A DNA stretch of 64,000 nt. Origin: Mobula birostris (taxonomy: Eukaryota). Position 1 is the first letter of the stretch, and each line of letters opens with the position of its first letter. Under the pieces are notes generated by a model, which saw nothing but the letters and a program-made list of their open reading frames with translations, was not told the DNA's origin and ran no database searches. Location of the stretch: positions 15,436,600-15,500,599 of the forward strand of contig NC_092398.1 in the NCBI RefSeq assembly GCF_030028105.1, in the 5' to 3' direction. Below are positions 38,245 through 53,274 of the stretch, piece by piece. The translations under genes were made by a program, and so were the position numbers.

Positions 38245-39140
38245 AAACACAAGAAATTCTGCAGATGCTGGAAATCCAAAATAACATACACAAAATGCTG
38301 GATGAACTAAACAAATCAGGCAGTGTCCATGGAAAAGAACAAACAATCAATGTTTCGCACAGAGACCTTCTTCAGAACTGGAAAGGAACTGGGAAGATGT
38401 CAGAATAAGAAGGTGTGGGAATAAGAAAATGATGTGAAGTCAGGTGGGTAGGAAAGGTCAGGGACTGGAGATGAAGCAATTTGATAGCACAGGAGAGGGG
38501 ACCACAGGAAAAAAGGAAGGAAGGGGCTCCAGGGAGAGGTGATTGGTAGGTGAGAATAGGCAAGAGGCCAGAGTGGAGAATAGAAGGGGAGATGGAGGGA
38601 ATTTTTTTTTTACCAGAAGGGGAAATTGATATTCATGCCATCATTTTCGAGGCTACTCAGGTGGAATATAAGGTGTTGCTTCTCCACCCTCAGGGTGGCC
38701 TCATTGAGGCACAAGTGGAGGCCAGGGACCCAACATGTCAGAATGGGAATGGGAATGGGAATAAGAAATTAAATTTTGGGCCATCACTTTGTTTCAGTGC
38801 TGGTGGATGGAGCAGAGATGCTCAATAAAGCAGTACCCCGATTTATGACAGGTGTCACCAATGTAGAGGAGGTTACATCGAGAGCATCGGATACAATAGA
38901 CAAATCCAGTAGATTCACAGGTGCAGTATTCCCTCAGCTGGAAGGACTCTTTGGGGTCCTGAATGGAGGTGAGCGAGGAGGCGGGTAGACAGGTGTAGCA
39001 CTTTGGCCACTTGATACAAGCCAGAGGGGAGATTAGTTGGGGTGGATGAATGGACAAGGAAATTACCAGGATGCGGAGAGAAGTGTTGGGGGTGCGGTAG
39101 GAATGCAAAGTTCTGTTTGGTGGTAGGATCCCTTTGGAGG
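38245..39140 (-). mobile_element. Decayed Penelope-like element (GIY-YIG endonuclease remnant and terminal repeat); paralog at about 55757-56560
   Basis: TCESTGFVYCIRCSRCNLLYIGDT...FIEHL is the GIY-YIG signature of Penelope-like elements. Confidence 0.8.
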
Positions 39141-40289
39141 TGTAGTTTAAAGTAGTTTAAAACACATTTTTAAAAATGTAATCACTTAAACCCAAACAAC
39201 ACTCTCAAAACACATTAAAAAATCAAACAGTTTCTATCTTAAACATTTCAAAATTCTTGCAGAGGGTTTCTATCTCATCTCGAGTCTTGAAAAATTATAC
39301 ACTGAAACATTTCCTGGCCTCAGGTTTCCCATTCGCATTCTCACATAATCTTTGGACCACACCACGTCACCCCCTCTGTAACCTTCCCATGCTGGAAAAC
39401 TCCCACATTTCCTCCTTCCTATCTCTCTCGTCCCTTTCATATCCTCATATTACTGTTTTTAGATTGGTGGCCTCTGCCCAATGGTGTGTTGTAGGGATCT
39501 GTGCTGGGTCTCCTATTGGTTGTCCTATCCAGTATATTGATGATCTGGATGAGATTGTAGGTGCATGATTAATAAGTTTCCAGATGACACCAACATTGAT
39601 GGTATGATGGATAATGACGAAGGTTGTCTACTACAAGAGGACAGACATCAGTTGTGTAAATACACAAGGAAATGACAGCTGAAATTTAGTTCAGACAAAT
39701 CCAAAGTGTAGACTTTTGGTCAGTTAAGCCAGGGCAGAAGATTACACATGTGAGATGTAGTGCCCTGGAGGGCACTGCATAACTGCAGACTGGTGGGAAG
39801 AATTCCTAAAAGTGAATACGTAGGTCGACACGGTGGCAAAGAACGTGAATGACAAACTTGCTGTCATTGGTTAGGGCAATGAGTACAAGAGTCGGGATGT
39901 TGTATTACAACTGTTGAAGATGTTGGTATGATTGCTCTTGGCATATTGTGTGCAGTTCTGGTCACCGAGCTACAGGAACAATATGATTCAGCTGCAATTG
40001 CTGCAGAAAGCATTTTACAACAATGTTACTGGGGTGCTGGAGTTACAAGGGGAGACGGATAGGGTGGGACTGTTTGTTCTGGAGCACAGGGAGATAAGGG
40101 TGAATTTAAAGAGGTATATTAAATCCCTCTGTAGCCTCACACTGTGTAAATTCCTTCCATCCCCATGACCCTCTGAAATGTCTACTCTCCCACTTCGGTG
40201 GGCCAATTGCATCGTTACTTCCCCAGTCAGATTAGGGACCTGTGACCAGTGGTGGGCTGCAGGGATCTGTGCTCTTCTATTTGCCATTT

Positions 40290-40720
40290 ACACCACACTC
40301 TGCATCCGTAAAGCAAACAGCATTATGAAGGGCCCTACGCACCCCTCATACAAACTCTTCTCCCTCCTGCCACCTGGCAAAAGGCACCGAAGCATTCGGG
40401 CTCTCACGGCCAGACTATGTGACAGTTTCTTTCTCCAAGCCATCAGACTTCTCAATACCCAGCGCCTGGACTGACACCAACCTACTGTCCTCTACTGTGC
40501 CTATTGTCTTGTTTATTATTCATTGTCATGCCTGCACTGTTTTGTGCACTTTATGCAGTCCTGGGTAGGTTTCTAGTCTAGTGTAGTTTTTTGTGTTGTT
40601 TTACACAGTTCAGTGTAGTTTTTGTATTGTTTCATGTCACACCATGTTGTCTCATTTTTACTGTGTACTGTTCCATCAGTTATGGTCAAAATGACAATAA
40701 AACGTGACTTGACTTGACTT
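40290..40720 (+). mobile_element. Rex1/Babar-like LINE 3' fragment (paralog at about 57695-58126)
   Basis: C-terminal peptide HPSYKLFSLLPPGKRHRSI...SFFLQAIRLLN, followed by AATAAA and a (GACTT)n tail. Confidence 0.7.
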
Positions 40721-41399
40721 AACATTGCATTTGTGTTCCTTAGCGCCAAGTCAACTTGCAAATTGACCTTTAGGGAACACTGAACAAGCACAAGGGCTCC
40801 CAAATCCCTCTGCACATCTGATTTTTAAAAATTTTCTCCCCATTTAGAAGATTGTCTACACCTTTGTTCCTTCTACCAAAGTGCATGACCATATACTTCC
40901 GGACACAATATTCCATTTGGCACTTCTTTGCCTAATCTCACAATGTTTCTAAGTCCTCTGCACACTCCCTGCTTCTATACCTGTCCATCCAACCATCTTT
41001 GCATCATCTGCAATCTTGACCACAAAGGCATCAACTCCAACAGCCAAATCATTGACACGTAATGTGAAAAGAAGTCGTCCCAATGCCGACCCTTCTGGAA
41101 CACCACTAGTCACCACTAGCCATTCAGGATATTCCAATGTTGGTGGTTTAATGGACAGTGAGACAGACGGATTAGGAGTGTGGGATAGGAAATGGACCAT
41201 GGGATTTAACAGAGCCAAGTGCAAAGTGAGGAATTATGATAATTTATTTCAGAACAGGGCTTACATAGTAAATGACAGGTCTCTGACAGGCTTAAAACAG
41301 AGACAAAGTGTTGACACAGGTAGACAAAGTGGTGAAGAAGGCATTTGGCACATTTGCCTTCATCAGAGTAGTGAGTACAGTACCTTGGATGTCATGTCA

Positions 41400-41650
41400 C
41401 AGCATAGCAGTTAGCACAAGGCTTTTACAGCTCTGGGCATTCTGGAGTTCCATTTCAGCACCATATCTAAGGAGGGTACCTTCTTCACGTGAACACATGG
41501 GTTTCCTCGGAGTGCTCCAGTTCCTCCCACACTGAAGACATATCGTTAGTTGGAGGTTAGTTGCTCATTGTAAATTGTCGTGTGATTAGGCTAGAGTTAG
41601 ATAGGTGGGTCTCTGGGTGGTGCAACTCGTTGGTCCGGAGGGGCTTGCAT
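41400..41650 (+). mobile_element. V-SINE/HE1-like SINE (empty site for the L1 in unit C)
   Basis: Contains GGGTTTCCTCGGAGTGCTCCAGTTCCTCCCAC; the paralog is split at 58969/61393. Confidence 0.7.
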
Positions 41651-42857
41651 TGTGAGAGTATGAAGGTATATCAAGTCCTGAGGGACAATTTTTTCACAGA
41701 GAGTATGGTGGGTTAGTGGAATATTCTGCCAGAAGGTACTGTAGAGGTGGGTATATTTACTATATTGAAAAGTCATTTTGCCAGGTACATTGATAAGAAA
41801 GTGTGAGAGTGATATGGGCCAAATTGAGGTTGGGTTTAGCTTAGGTCAGCGACTTGATTGGCACTGAGTTGGGCCAGAGGGCCCATGTCCATGCTGCACA
41901 AATCACTGACTATATTTTGGGAAGTTAAGCTAAGGCAGGATGTACACAGTGAATGGCAGGGAGCTGTGAAATGTTGCTGAACAGAGAACTTGTGGGTTCC
42001 TAAGTCTACCACTGCCACAAGCCACTCATTCCAGATGATAATCATTTTTTGTGAGAGAAATTTACCCTTCAGGACCCCTTGAACCTCCATCCTGTCACTT
42101 TAAACATATGTTCTCTAACTTTCAACACCCGTAGCATAGGTAACATAGTCTTTCTATTTATCCAATCTATTCCTCATATCATTCTCTGTACCCCTCATGT
42201 CACCTCTCACCCCTTTCACTACAGCAAAGTCAAACCCAGCTTCATCACATCACATCACATCTGTAGTGTGGTGACAAGAACTGTACACAATATTCCAAAT
42301 ACAACCTAACCAACTCGTTGTACATCTGAAACATGACACCACAACACTTATACTAAATTCTTTGGCTGATGAAAGCAGGCAGACCACACACCTGCTTCAC
42401 AAGCCTGCCAGCCTGTGATGCCACTTTCAGGGACTGTGTAACAACACCTGAGGCATCTGTAAAGGTACTTCAATGGACAAGGCACAGAGTGATATGGAAT
42501 TAGTGCAGGCCAGTGTGTTTAGTATAGGTGGGCATGACAGTCAACACAGATGTGATGGGCCAAAGGGCCTGTTTCTGTGCTGTACAAATCCATGACTTCA
42601 TAACACTCCACAATTGCCTGCAGTGACTCTGGCTGCCTTGGACCTCAGCTCTGAGCTTGTCTCACTGACCCCCATGTCCTCTGAGATGATACAGGGAGCC
42701 TCACGCTGTAATTCAATGTCAGTTCTCTCTCTTAATACTATCCATTTCCATCTGAACCTTTCCTATCGATGTACCGATCTAAATGCTTCTTGAATACTGT
42801 AATTGTACCCACTTCTACCACTTCCTCTTGCAGCTTGTTTCATCTACCCACCACCTG

Positions 42858-43125
42858 TCTGCCTGTCTAGGTACCATATCCGATGCAGACATTGGTGACC
42901 ATGGTTTTCCATATAGATCTATCCTTCGTTTTTTGGATGACTTCAATTTCCTTGATGTGTAGCCACCTGGCTATGCTTTTGATGTACATAAGCCGAGGTC
43001 TTCCTCTAGGTTTACTCCCCTCAATCTTTCCAGAAAGTATGAATTTTTCGAGTTCATCTTTCCACATGATGTATCCTCGGAATCTGAGTTGTCCTTCTCT
43101 TATTGTTGGTATGAGTGAGTGAGTC
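42858..43125 (-). mobile_element. RTE-clade LINE 3' fragment (paralog at about 62695-62965)
   Basis: QLRFRGYIM...LEKFILSGKIEGSKPRGRPR is the typical RTE ORF C-terminus. Confidence 0.8.
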
Positions 43126-44124
43126 AGTGGGTGTTCATGGGGAGAAGGTACCACCACAGTTTGTGTAAAATGTTGTCCCTCATGTCCCCTCTCTACTTAA
43201 ATCTCTGCCGTCGGGTTTTAGACTCCCCACATGTGGAAAAAAGACTGTGGTCATTCACCTTATCAATACCCCACATGATTTTATACACCTACAGACTCAC
43301 TTTGAAGGTCTCTACAAATCATTGGAAAGCGCACAGAGGAGATTTACCAGGACACTGCTTGATTGAGAGAGTATGCATTATGATCAGAGATTAAGGGAGC
43401 TAGGGCTTTACTCTCTGGAAAGAAGGAGGATGAGAAGAGACACGATAGAGTTATACAAGACATTAAGAGGAATAGATTGAGTGGACAGCCAGCACCTCTT
43501 CCCCAGGGCACCACTGCTCAATACAAGAGGACATGGCTTTAAGGTAACAGGTGGGAAATGCAAGGGGAATATTAGAGGAAGTCTTTTACTCAGAGAGTGT
43601 TTGGTGTGTGGAATGCACTGCCTGAGTCAGGGGTGGAGGGAGATGCACTCGTGAAATTTAAGAGATAACTAGGAAGGTATATGGAGGAATTTATGTGGGG
43701 AGTGATATGGGAGGCAGGGTTCAAGGGTCGGCACAACGTTGTGGGCTGAGGGCCCTGTACTGTGCTGTACTATTCTATGTTACCAGATTGATTGATTGAT
43801 TTGTAGTTTTTTTTTACACATTAGTTTTTTTCAATCTTTGTTTGTGTGCAGTTCTTCACTGACTCTATTGTATTTTCTTTGTTCTGTTGTGAATGTCTTC
43901 ATGAAAATCTCAGAGTAGTATATGGTGATATTCATACTTTGATAATAAATTTACTTTGAACTTTTCAAATTCAAAGACTAGTAGATTGTGGATGGAGTAA
44001 AGGACTATCAATGAACACAGAGGGATATGGATCGGGTAGGAAAGGCAGGGTCAGTTCAGTGGAGTTTTACATGGATATGTAAATATAAAGGGACTGTAGT
44101 GATATACAGTAGATGATAAACAGG

Positions 44125-45140
44125 AGGGTGTTCTGTACAAAGTCCCATTGTATCTCAGATTTTTGGATTTTCTCTCTGTTTTGAAAATAGTCTGCACATT
44201 TATTTCTACAACCAAATTTGATGACCATGCATTTTCCAACATTGTGTTTCATTTGCCAACCTTGTCCATTATTCTAGTCTGTCTTAGTCCATCTGCAGCC
44301 TACCTGCCCCTCCAGCAATCTTCATATCAGCTGAAAACTTGGCAACAAAGCCATCTATTCCATCATGAAAATCATTGATATTAAAAGAAGTGGTCCCAAC
44401 ACCAACCGCTACTCACTGGCAGCCAAGCAGAAAAGGATCCCTTTATTCCCACTCGCTGTTATCTACCAATCCAGTAAGCAGCCTCAAGTGTGGCAGCTTG
44501 TCAAAGGCCTTCTGAAAGTCAAAATATAGAACATCCACTGCATCCCCGTTATCTATCCTATGTGTAATCTACTCAAAAGAATTCCAACAGGTTTGTCAGG
44601 CAGGATTTTCCCTTAGGAAGCCAAGTACTCCAGAATCTCATCCTTAACAATTTACTCCAACATCTTCCCAACCACTGAGGTCAGGTCTATAATTTCCTTT
44701 CTGCTGCCTTTCTAAAAGAGTGGAGTGCCATTTTCAACTTTCCAGGCCTCTGGAGGTTTGCCAGAGTCCAATGATTTTTGAAGATCATTACTAATGCCCC
44801 CACAATCTCCACCGCTACCCCTTTCAGAATCTGAGGGTGCAGTTCATCTGGTCCAGGTGACATGTATCCTTAGGTCTTTCAGCTTTTTGAGCATCTTCTC
44901 CCTTGTAATAGTAACTGCACCCACCTCTCTTCCGTCACATCCTTTAACATTTGGCATACCACTAGTGTTTTCCACAGTAAAGACTACTGCAAAATATTCA
45001 TTTACCTCATCTGTCATCTCCTTGGCCCCTGTTATTATTTCTTCAGCCTCATTTTTTAGCAGTTCTATGTCCACTCTCATCTCTCTTTTATTTAATACAC
45101 TTGAAAAAGCTTTTACTACCCACTTTGATATTGGCAGTAA
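44125..45140 (-). mobile_element. Old CR1 LINE fragment
   Basis: Peptide remnants LKNEAEEII...VNEYFAVVFTVE and degraded DFQKAFDK. Confidence 0.7.
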
Positions 45141-46783
45141 CATGACTATCACATATCTTGGATAACTGACACAAAACCTCTTCAGATGTGTTTTCAATTC
45201 TTGGAAAATTAAATGATGGTTTTATCAAAAAAGAGCAAACGCAAAGAGATGAGTACAGTACTGAAATTCAAGTAAAACACAGCTCAGGCAGTAAAGACAG
45301 AGAAACAGAGTTAACATTTCAAGCAGAAGCCTCTTCATCAGGTACCATTCTGCTAACATGCTTTGTTGCATATTTATTCCTGCCCAAATGTGCAATCTCA
45401 CTTCCTCCCATAATTTCCCCTCCTTACTCCATCTTCTCTACTAAGGTTCCCATCTCTCTTTATGTCACCAGTAAGTTCAGAATTTTTCGCTTTCCTATGA
45501 AAGGGAAGCTTCTCAAATGGACATCTCAGTTTAGTGCAACCACTCTTCCCTTTATCCACAGATTATGTTACTACACCAAAGATTTCAATATATTTGCGGA
45601 AAGTGGAATCACTTTCTCAAAACCCTGTTCACTTTGCCAGATTTCTTGAAGTTTTGGAGATGTGCATTTATTCCCTCTGTGGTTACAGATTCAAATGTTT
45701 TTGGGACAGATGGTTAACTGTATGTAGGTGACCAGAACTGCGCTCAATACTCCAATTTAGACCTCATCAACATGTTACACAACTTCATCATAACATCCCA
45801 ACTCCTGTACTCAGTGTTTTGATTTTTGAAGGCCATCCTGTCTACAGCTCTATTTACAGTCCTTGCTACCGGTGAAAACACTTTTAAGGAATACTGGGTC
45901 TGTATTCCCAGATCACACTGCAAGCTTCGACAGTCTTCCTCGTTGTCCACTACATCCCCATTCTTTGTTGATCCATTTTACAATATAATCACTCAGTTTG
46001 TGATATAGATGACAAAAAAAAAAACAGACCTAGCACTGATCCCTGCTTAAGAGGGGAGGTGATTTAAATATAGAAAATGATGAGGAGTGGAGATAGTGTA
46101 GGTTAGAGTGAGTTTTCCCCCCATATCAGGAGCAGATAAAACTGCAGGACATGGGGTTTGGTTGAAGGGGTAACAGGTTAAGAGAGGATTTGTTCACCCA
46201 GACGGTGGTGAGTTCCTGGAACACTGTACCGGAGACAGTGGTGGAAGCAGAGCCGCTGATGGTGTTTTCAAAATGTCACATAAATTCCCAGGCTACGGAG
46301 CAAGTGCTGGAAGAATTAATTAATATGGATGGATTCCCATTGGTTGATATCGATGTGACGGGCCAAATGGCCTGTAATACTGCTGAAACAATCTCTAAAA
46401 ATCGGAATCAATGAACCTCTACTACAAGAAACACGCAAACCTGATAAATATGATAACCGTATTCACCATCTGTCTCTGTGTCGCCATTAACCAATTCCAC
46501 AGGGCCCTCGTTCTTTCCAACAGTTTCCAACGGTTTATCCAGAACGCTAATGCTGTTCTGTTGCGGCTAAACCACTGGAAATTGACGGTCGTGGAGCTGA
46601 ACGATGAGAGGCCGCTCTCTGCTCTGTCCGTCCGCCTGCCTTGGTCTCCACCCCTCCCCGTCTCTCCCTCTCTCCGCATTGTTCGTCAGCGTCTCCACCC
46701 CTTACCGCCTCTCTGCCTTTCTCGGGCAGGTCGGGGCGCTGCGTATAAAATGAGGCAGCAGCAGTCGGTTCGTCACTGAGTGA

Positions 46784-47104
<321 letters not shown>

Positions 47105-47133
47105 GGAACTCCTGATTCTGAACACAACACAAA

Positions 47134-47149
47134 GGCTCTTTTAAGAGCC
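47134..47149 (+). terminator. Histone 3' stem-loop (H4 copy 2)
   Basis: GGCTCTTTTAAGAGCC, followed by GCCCA rather than ACCCA. Confidence 0.95.
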
Positions 47150-47622
47150 GCCCACCACCTCAGAGACAGAGCAGTGACCCGGAGCAGAAATAGATGATAA
47201 GCAGAATTGTTTATTGGAGAACAGACCCTTTGCGTGTTTATCCGTACTTTCATCATTACAGTAGCTGGAGTTTAGAAAATGCTAAAAAGAAATGCAATTA
47301 AAATTATAGTACTTGTCCTGTTCCGCAGAAGTAACTCCCTCAAAGTAACATTTCCAGGAAGATTATTTATAAAGAAAACTAGCAGCCAATCTTTTCGGAC
47401 CGGCTGAAATCCGACCGCCAGTCACACATCGGTATCGGGGTACAGATGATTTCGACATTTCGGACTGTGCATCCAGCGTAAACCTGTGAGTTGCGTTTCG
47501 CAGTAGTAAGGAATTTCAATGCACCCTGCCTGCCAATTAGTACAACAATCTAATCCGAACAAGAGCCCTTTCCCCCGCGCTTCAGGTATCCGCAGAGCAG
47601 CCCTTTCACAGACTCTGTGAGT

Positions 47623-47638
47623 GGCTCTGAAAAGAGCC
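47623..47638 (-). terminator. Histone 3' stem-loop (H2A copy 3)
   Basis: Minus strand reads GGCTCTTTTCAGAGCC then ACTCA. Confidence 0.96.
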
Positions 47639-47668
47639 TTTGGGTCATTGGGTTCAGATTCTGTCTCT

Positions 47669-48220
<552 letters not shown>

Positions 48221-48581
48221 TCAAGAAACAGCAGCAGAGTCACGGAAAATATCCGCTCATTCTCCTAAAAGAAACTGAAATTTGAAACAGCCCGCCAAAA
48301 ATCCTTCTTTTAATGCTCATCTAAAATGAAATTATTGCATGTCTGTTTGTCGGCTTGATCTCCACATTCACTAATTACTGGAGTCCCCCACATTTAATGT
48401 AAGTGCAGCTACTATTGCAACACTGGCTGGGGATTTAATTCACCAATTTCTTTAAAATAAGAAACGCTCAGAACAAAACCCGCTTCTCAGCTGCTGTTCG
48501 CCGTCGGTCATTGTTCGCGCATCAGGTTATGGACGAGTTGCTCTTCTCAAACGGCCTGAAAAGTTTGTAATGTAAAAGGGG

Positions 48582-50340
48582 ACAAGGGAAGTAGATATCG
48601 GACCACTTGCAAATGACTGGAAAGGTAAAAATGGGCGAGAAGGAAATGGTGGACGATCTGAATAAGTATTTTGCAATTGTCTTCGCTGTGGAAGACACTA
48701 GCAGTATGCCAGTGTTCGAGAGTGTCGGGGCAGAAGTGAGTGAAATTGCAATTACTAGTGAGAAAGTGCTTGGGAAACTGAAAGGTCTGAAGATAGATAA
48801 ATCACCTGGTATATACCCCAGGGTTCTGAAAGAGGTGGCTGAACAGATTACAGACACGTTAGAAATGATCCTTCAAGAATCTGTGGAATCTGGAATAGTT
48901 CCACAGGGCTATAAATTGCAAAAATCATTTCACTCTTCAAGAAGGGAGAGTTGCAGAAGAAAGGAAATCATTGGCCAGTTAGTGTGACCTTAGTGGTTGG
49001 GAAGATGTTGGAGTGGATTGTTAAGATGTGGTTTTGGTTACTTGGAGCACATGATAAAATAGGCTGAAGTCAGGATGGTTTCCTTCAGGGAAAATGTTGC
49101 CTGACAAATCTGTCGGAATCATTTGAAGAAATAACAAACAGGACAGATGAAGGAGAATTGATGGATGTTATGTACTTAGATTTTCTGAAGCTTTTAACAA
49201 GATAAGAGCCCATGGTATTACAAAAAAAATACTAGTATGGATAGAGCATTGGTTCATTGGCAGAAGGCAAAAGAGTGGAAATAAAGGGAGCCTTTCCTGG
49301 AGTACTGCCAGTGTCTAATGGTGTTAAATAGGTATCTGTGTTGGGACCCTCCTCTTTTTTTTTACATTATACGTCAACGATTCAGATAGTGGAATTGATG
49401 GATTTTTGCTAAGCTTGTAGATGATACAAAGATAGGTGAGGGAGCAAGTATCGCTGTAGAAGCAGGTAGTCTGCACAAAGACTTAAACAGATTAGGAGGA
49501 TGGGTAAAGAAGTGGCAGATTGAATACAGAGTTGGGAATTGTATGGCTATGCACCTTGTAGAAGAAATAAAAGTGTACACTAATTCTAATTGGAGAGAAA
49601 ATTCAAACAATACGAGGTGCAGAGGAACTTAGGAGTCCTTGTGCAGGATCCACTAAAGGTAAATTTGCTTGTTGAGTCGGTAGTGAGGAAGCCAAATGCA
49701 ATGTGAGCATTCATTTCAAGAGGACAAGAATTTAAAAGCAAGGATGTAATGTTGAGGTTCTATAGGCATCCGTTAGTCTCATGAGAACATGGATATGCGC
49801 CTTGGATGTTTTCCAGGGTGCAGGCCTGGGCAAGGTTGTATGGAAGACTGGCAGTTGCCTATGCTGCAAGTCTCCCCTCCCCACACCACCGATGTTGTCC
49901 AAGGGCACTAGGGCCGATACAGCCTGGCACTGGTGTTGTCGCAGAGCAATGTGTGGTTAAGTGCAAGGACACAACATGCTGCCTCAGCTGAGGCTCGAAC
50001 TAGCGACCTTCAGGTCAGTCGCCCGATGCCTTAACCACTTGGCCACGCACCAACATTGAGGCTTTATAAGGCACTGATAAGGCCTCATTTGGAGTAGTGA
50101 GCATTTGGGGCCTCTTATCTGAGAAAGGATGTGCTAACATTGTGGAGCTATCAAAGGAATTTCATGAAATCAAGTCTGGGATAGAAAGGGTTGTCATATG
50201 AAGAGCTTTTGATTGCTCTGGGCAAATGTAGAAAGGCTTCAATATAGTGGATGTGTAGAGTAAATGTCCTGTGGTGCGGGAGTTCGACACCAGAGGTCAC
50301 AACCTCAAAATAGAGGGATGTTCATTTAAAACAGAGATGG
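48582..50340 (+). mobile_element. Old CR1 LINE upstream of H2A (shorter paralog at about 31372-32545)
   Basis: Peptide remnants DDLNKYFAIVF...LKIDKSPGIYPRVLKEVA and decayed RT motifs. Confidence 0.75.
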
Positions 50341-51296
50341 TCGGAATCAGAATCCTTTATTATCGGCAAGTATGTGGGCACATACAAGGAATTTGATGCC
50401 GGTTTCCCTGAGCTCTCGCTGTACAGAATAAAAAAAAACAATCAAAACAATAGTGCAAATAATCGTGAACTATATACAGTGAGGTGTACCTGTGTATGTA
50501 CAGGTGGACTTGGTTTGTAATAGACTAAAATTCAAGTGTTCATAAGACTGATGGCATACGGATAGAAACTGTTCTTGTACCTATTTGTCCTGGCATACAG
50601 TGATCTAAAGCACCTACCAGAAGGAAGTGATTGGAACAGAACAGAAAACAGTTAGGCTGTGCGTCCTCTATCCACTGCAATGCAAGGATTGCCACCATTT
50701 TCATAGTATAAAATGGGAGTTCATTAGAAAAACCTTTTCTCAAATGATGAAATGATGGGACATAGACTGCTGCACTGTTGTTATGAGACACTGGGCCTTT
50801 AGAATTCCATTCCGTCGTATTGATGAAGCACAGATGGAGAAACCACTACCTCTTCAGTTACACACCCAGCATATACTGACAACCTCTCCCAAAGTCAACT
50901 CTTCCCCAGTTAAAGCAAATAGACAGGGAGGAATAATGGATAAAGCCACGTAGGAGCATTGTTCATTTTGGATAAGCACATGTTCCCTGCCTGATCGTTT
51001 CCTTCCCACCCAAGGAGCTTGGTTTTCCAGAAAAATTCTGAGTTGGATGATCATCCTCGTCCACTGAGGACAAACCAGTAACTCATAGCAATGTGCAATC
51101 TTCGTAAATACATTGGCACTCACCCATTTCCCCCTGCAGAGCAGAAATAGAAGACGTAACAGAACAACACAAATGTTACCCAGCGGCATCGAACTGCTGA
51201 TGCTCCGTGTCGATGAGGTATATCGGGGCGGGGCTGGCATGTTTAACAAAAGCTCAGTGAACAATAACAGACAGCCCTTTCCACTGCTGTGTTGGT

Positions 51297-51312
51297 GGCT
51301 CTTAAAAGAGCC
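51297..51312 (-). terminator. Histone 3' stem-loop (H3 copy 3)
   Basis: Minus strand reads GGCTCTTTTAAGAGCC then ACCAA. Confidence 0.96.
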
Positions 51313-51341
51313 TTTTGTTGTGTTCGGTGTGGAGATCGGAT

Positions 51342-51758
<417 letters not shown>

Positions 51759-52591
51759 TCAGCAGTCAAAGGAAAACTTCCAATACCGGGATCGGAATAG
51801 CGGAACAGACGCAGGAACCAGCTTTTAAAGAGTAGATGAAGTGCCGCCCCACTCTCTGATTGGCTGCAATGGACATCTCCATTGCAGGCCCTAACGTTGC
51901 GATTGGCTGCTTTTCCATCACCAGTTTGAAGCTGGCCGGTGGTGGGGAATAATACCCATGACCAAATATGGAAACTGGTGACTCAGGGTCGGAATTTAGC
52001 CGGTCTGATTTAGCAGTGATTTGGATGGCGGTTCAGTTTGAAATCGCCCGCCAAATCCAAGAGGCAAACAAAAGAAAAAATTGTTTCAACAGCAACCAGT
52101 TTTCTTACAATTAAAATAATCACGAATTATCAAATTTCACCTTGATGTAAATCATCGATCGTCTTCATTCAATTAGCTGAATCTGAATGTTTACGTTTTT
52201 ACTGAATAGCTTTTCGCGGTGAGTGAATTCAGTGTTGCCGGAAACGGGAGGACAAAGAGAGAAGACTGAGATTGATTTTAATTTCTGCTTTTACTAAATG
52301 GTTTTGTGGAAAAACAGCCACAAGGTTTTCAAAAGGACCACAGGAACCAACACCGAAATGAATTGCTGCTCAGTACAGTACATCTTCAAAACATTCATTA
52401 CAACCAAATAAATTATCAATCTCTTCACTCTCCAAAGTGCTGTTCAAAGGCAAACCGACGGCCGCTGTCTCCTTTTATCACATCACCCTGACCTGCCCGA
52501 GAGAGACGGAGAGGGAAGCAGAGAGACAGCTTCAGAGTAATAGAGGAGAGAGAGACCTCTATTTTCCAGCTCTTTTGTGGGAGATGTGAGT

Positions 52592-52607
52592 GGCTCTTAG
52601 AAGAGCC
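52592..52607 (-). terminator. Histone 3' stem-loop (H1 copy 3)
   Basis: Minus strand reads GGCTCTTCTAAGAGCC then ACTCA. Confidence 0.95.
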
Positions 52608-52641
52608 GTTGGTCTCAGGTCTTTAAAATGTGTATTTTTAT

Positions 52642-53274
52642 TTACTTTTTGGCAGTCGCCTTCTTGGCTTTCACGGATCTTGCCTTCGGTTTGGGTTTTG
52701 CCGACTTTTTGGGCGCCCTCGTCTTCGGGACTGCGACCTTCTTGGGGCTCTTGGTCTTCTGCGCTGCCTTCTTGGCCGCTGGTTTCTTAGCAGCCGCTTT
52801 TTTAGCCGTCGGTTTCTTAACACTTTGTTTCTTGGCGGGAGATTTCTTAGCTGCTTTCTTGGCTGCAGTTTTCTTGATCGCTGGCTTCTTGGTCTGAGAT
52901 GTCTTGGCCGCTGGTTTCTTCGCTTTTTTCACGATTTTCGCGCTACTGTCCTTTTTAGCGGCCTTCAAGGAGCCGGAGACACCTGCGCCCTTGGTGTGAA
53001 TCAGGGAGCCGCTTTCCAATTTCCTTTTAATGACCATCTTGATCTGACTTTTGAGCTTTTCCACATCGACGCCGTTGGCGGCCAACCCCTTCTTTATCGC
53101 GACTATGGACACCCCTCGGGGACTGCGGCAATCCGCCACAATCTTGTCGATCTGTTCGCTCAGTTTGGGACCGGCTGGCTTGGTCCGGGCGACCGCCTTC
53201 TTCTTCTTGGGAGCCTTGGTTGCAGCAGCAGGCGTCGCTGGAGGAGCGACTTCAGCGGCTGCGGTCTCGGTCAT
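52642..53274 (-). CDS. H1: Linker histone H1 (unit C), 210 aa
   Basis: Close paralog of 35110-35742; ATG at 53274, with TTTAAATA and a GC box upstream. Confidence 0.95.
   Translation of the reverse strand: MTETAAAEVAPPATPAAATKAPKKKKAVARTKPAGPKLSEQIDKIVADCRSPRGVSIVAIKKGLAANGVDVEKLKSQIKMVIKRKLESGSLIHTKGAGVSGSLKAAKKDSSAKIVKKAKKPAAKTSQTKKPAIKKTAAKKAAKKSPAKKQSVKKPTAKKAAAKKPAAKKAAQKTKSPKKVAVPKTRAPKKSAKPKPKARSVKAKKATAKK

Noticed and set aside
49980-50050. tRNA-like sequence on the minus strand
   Set aside because: It has A and B boxes but no full cloverleaf, and it continues into a SINE body nested in CR1. It is a SINE head, not a tRNA gene.
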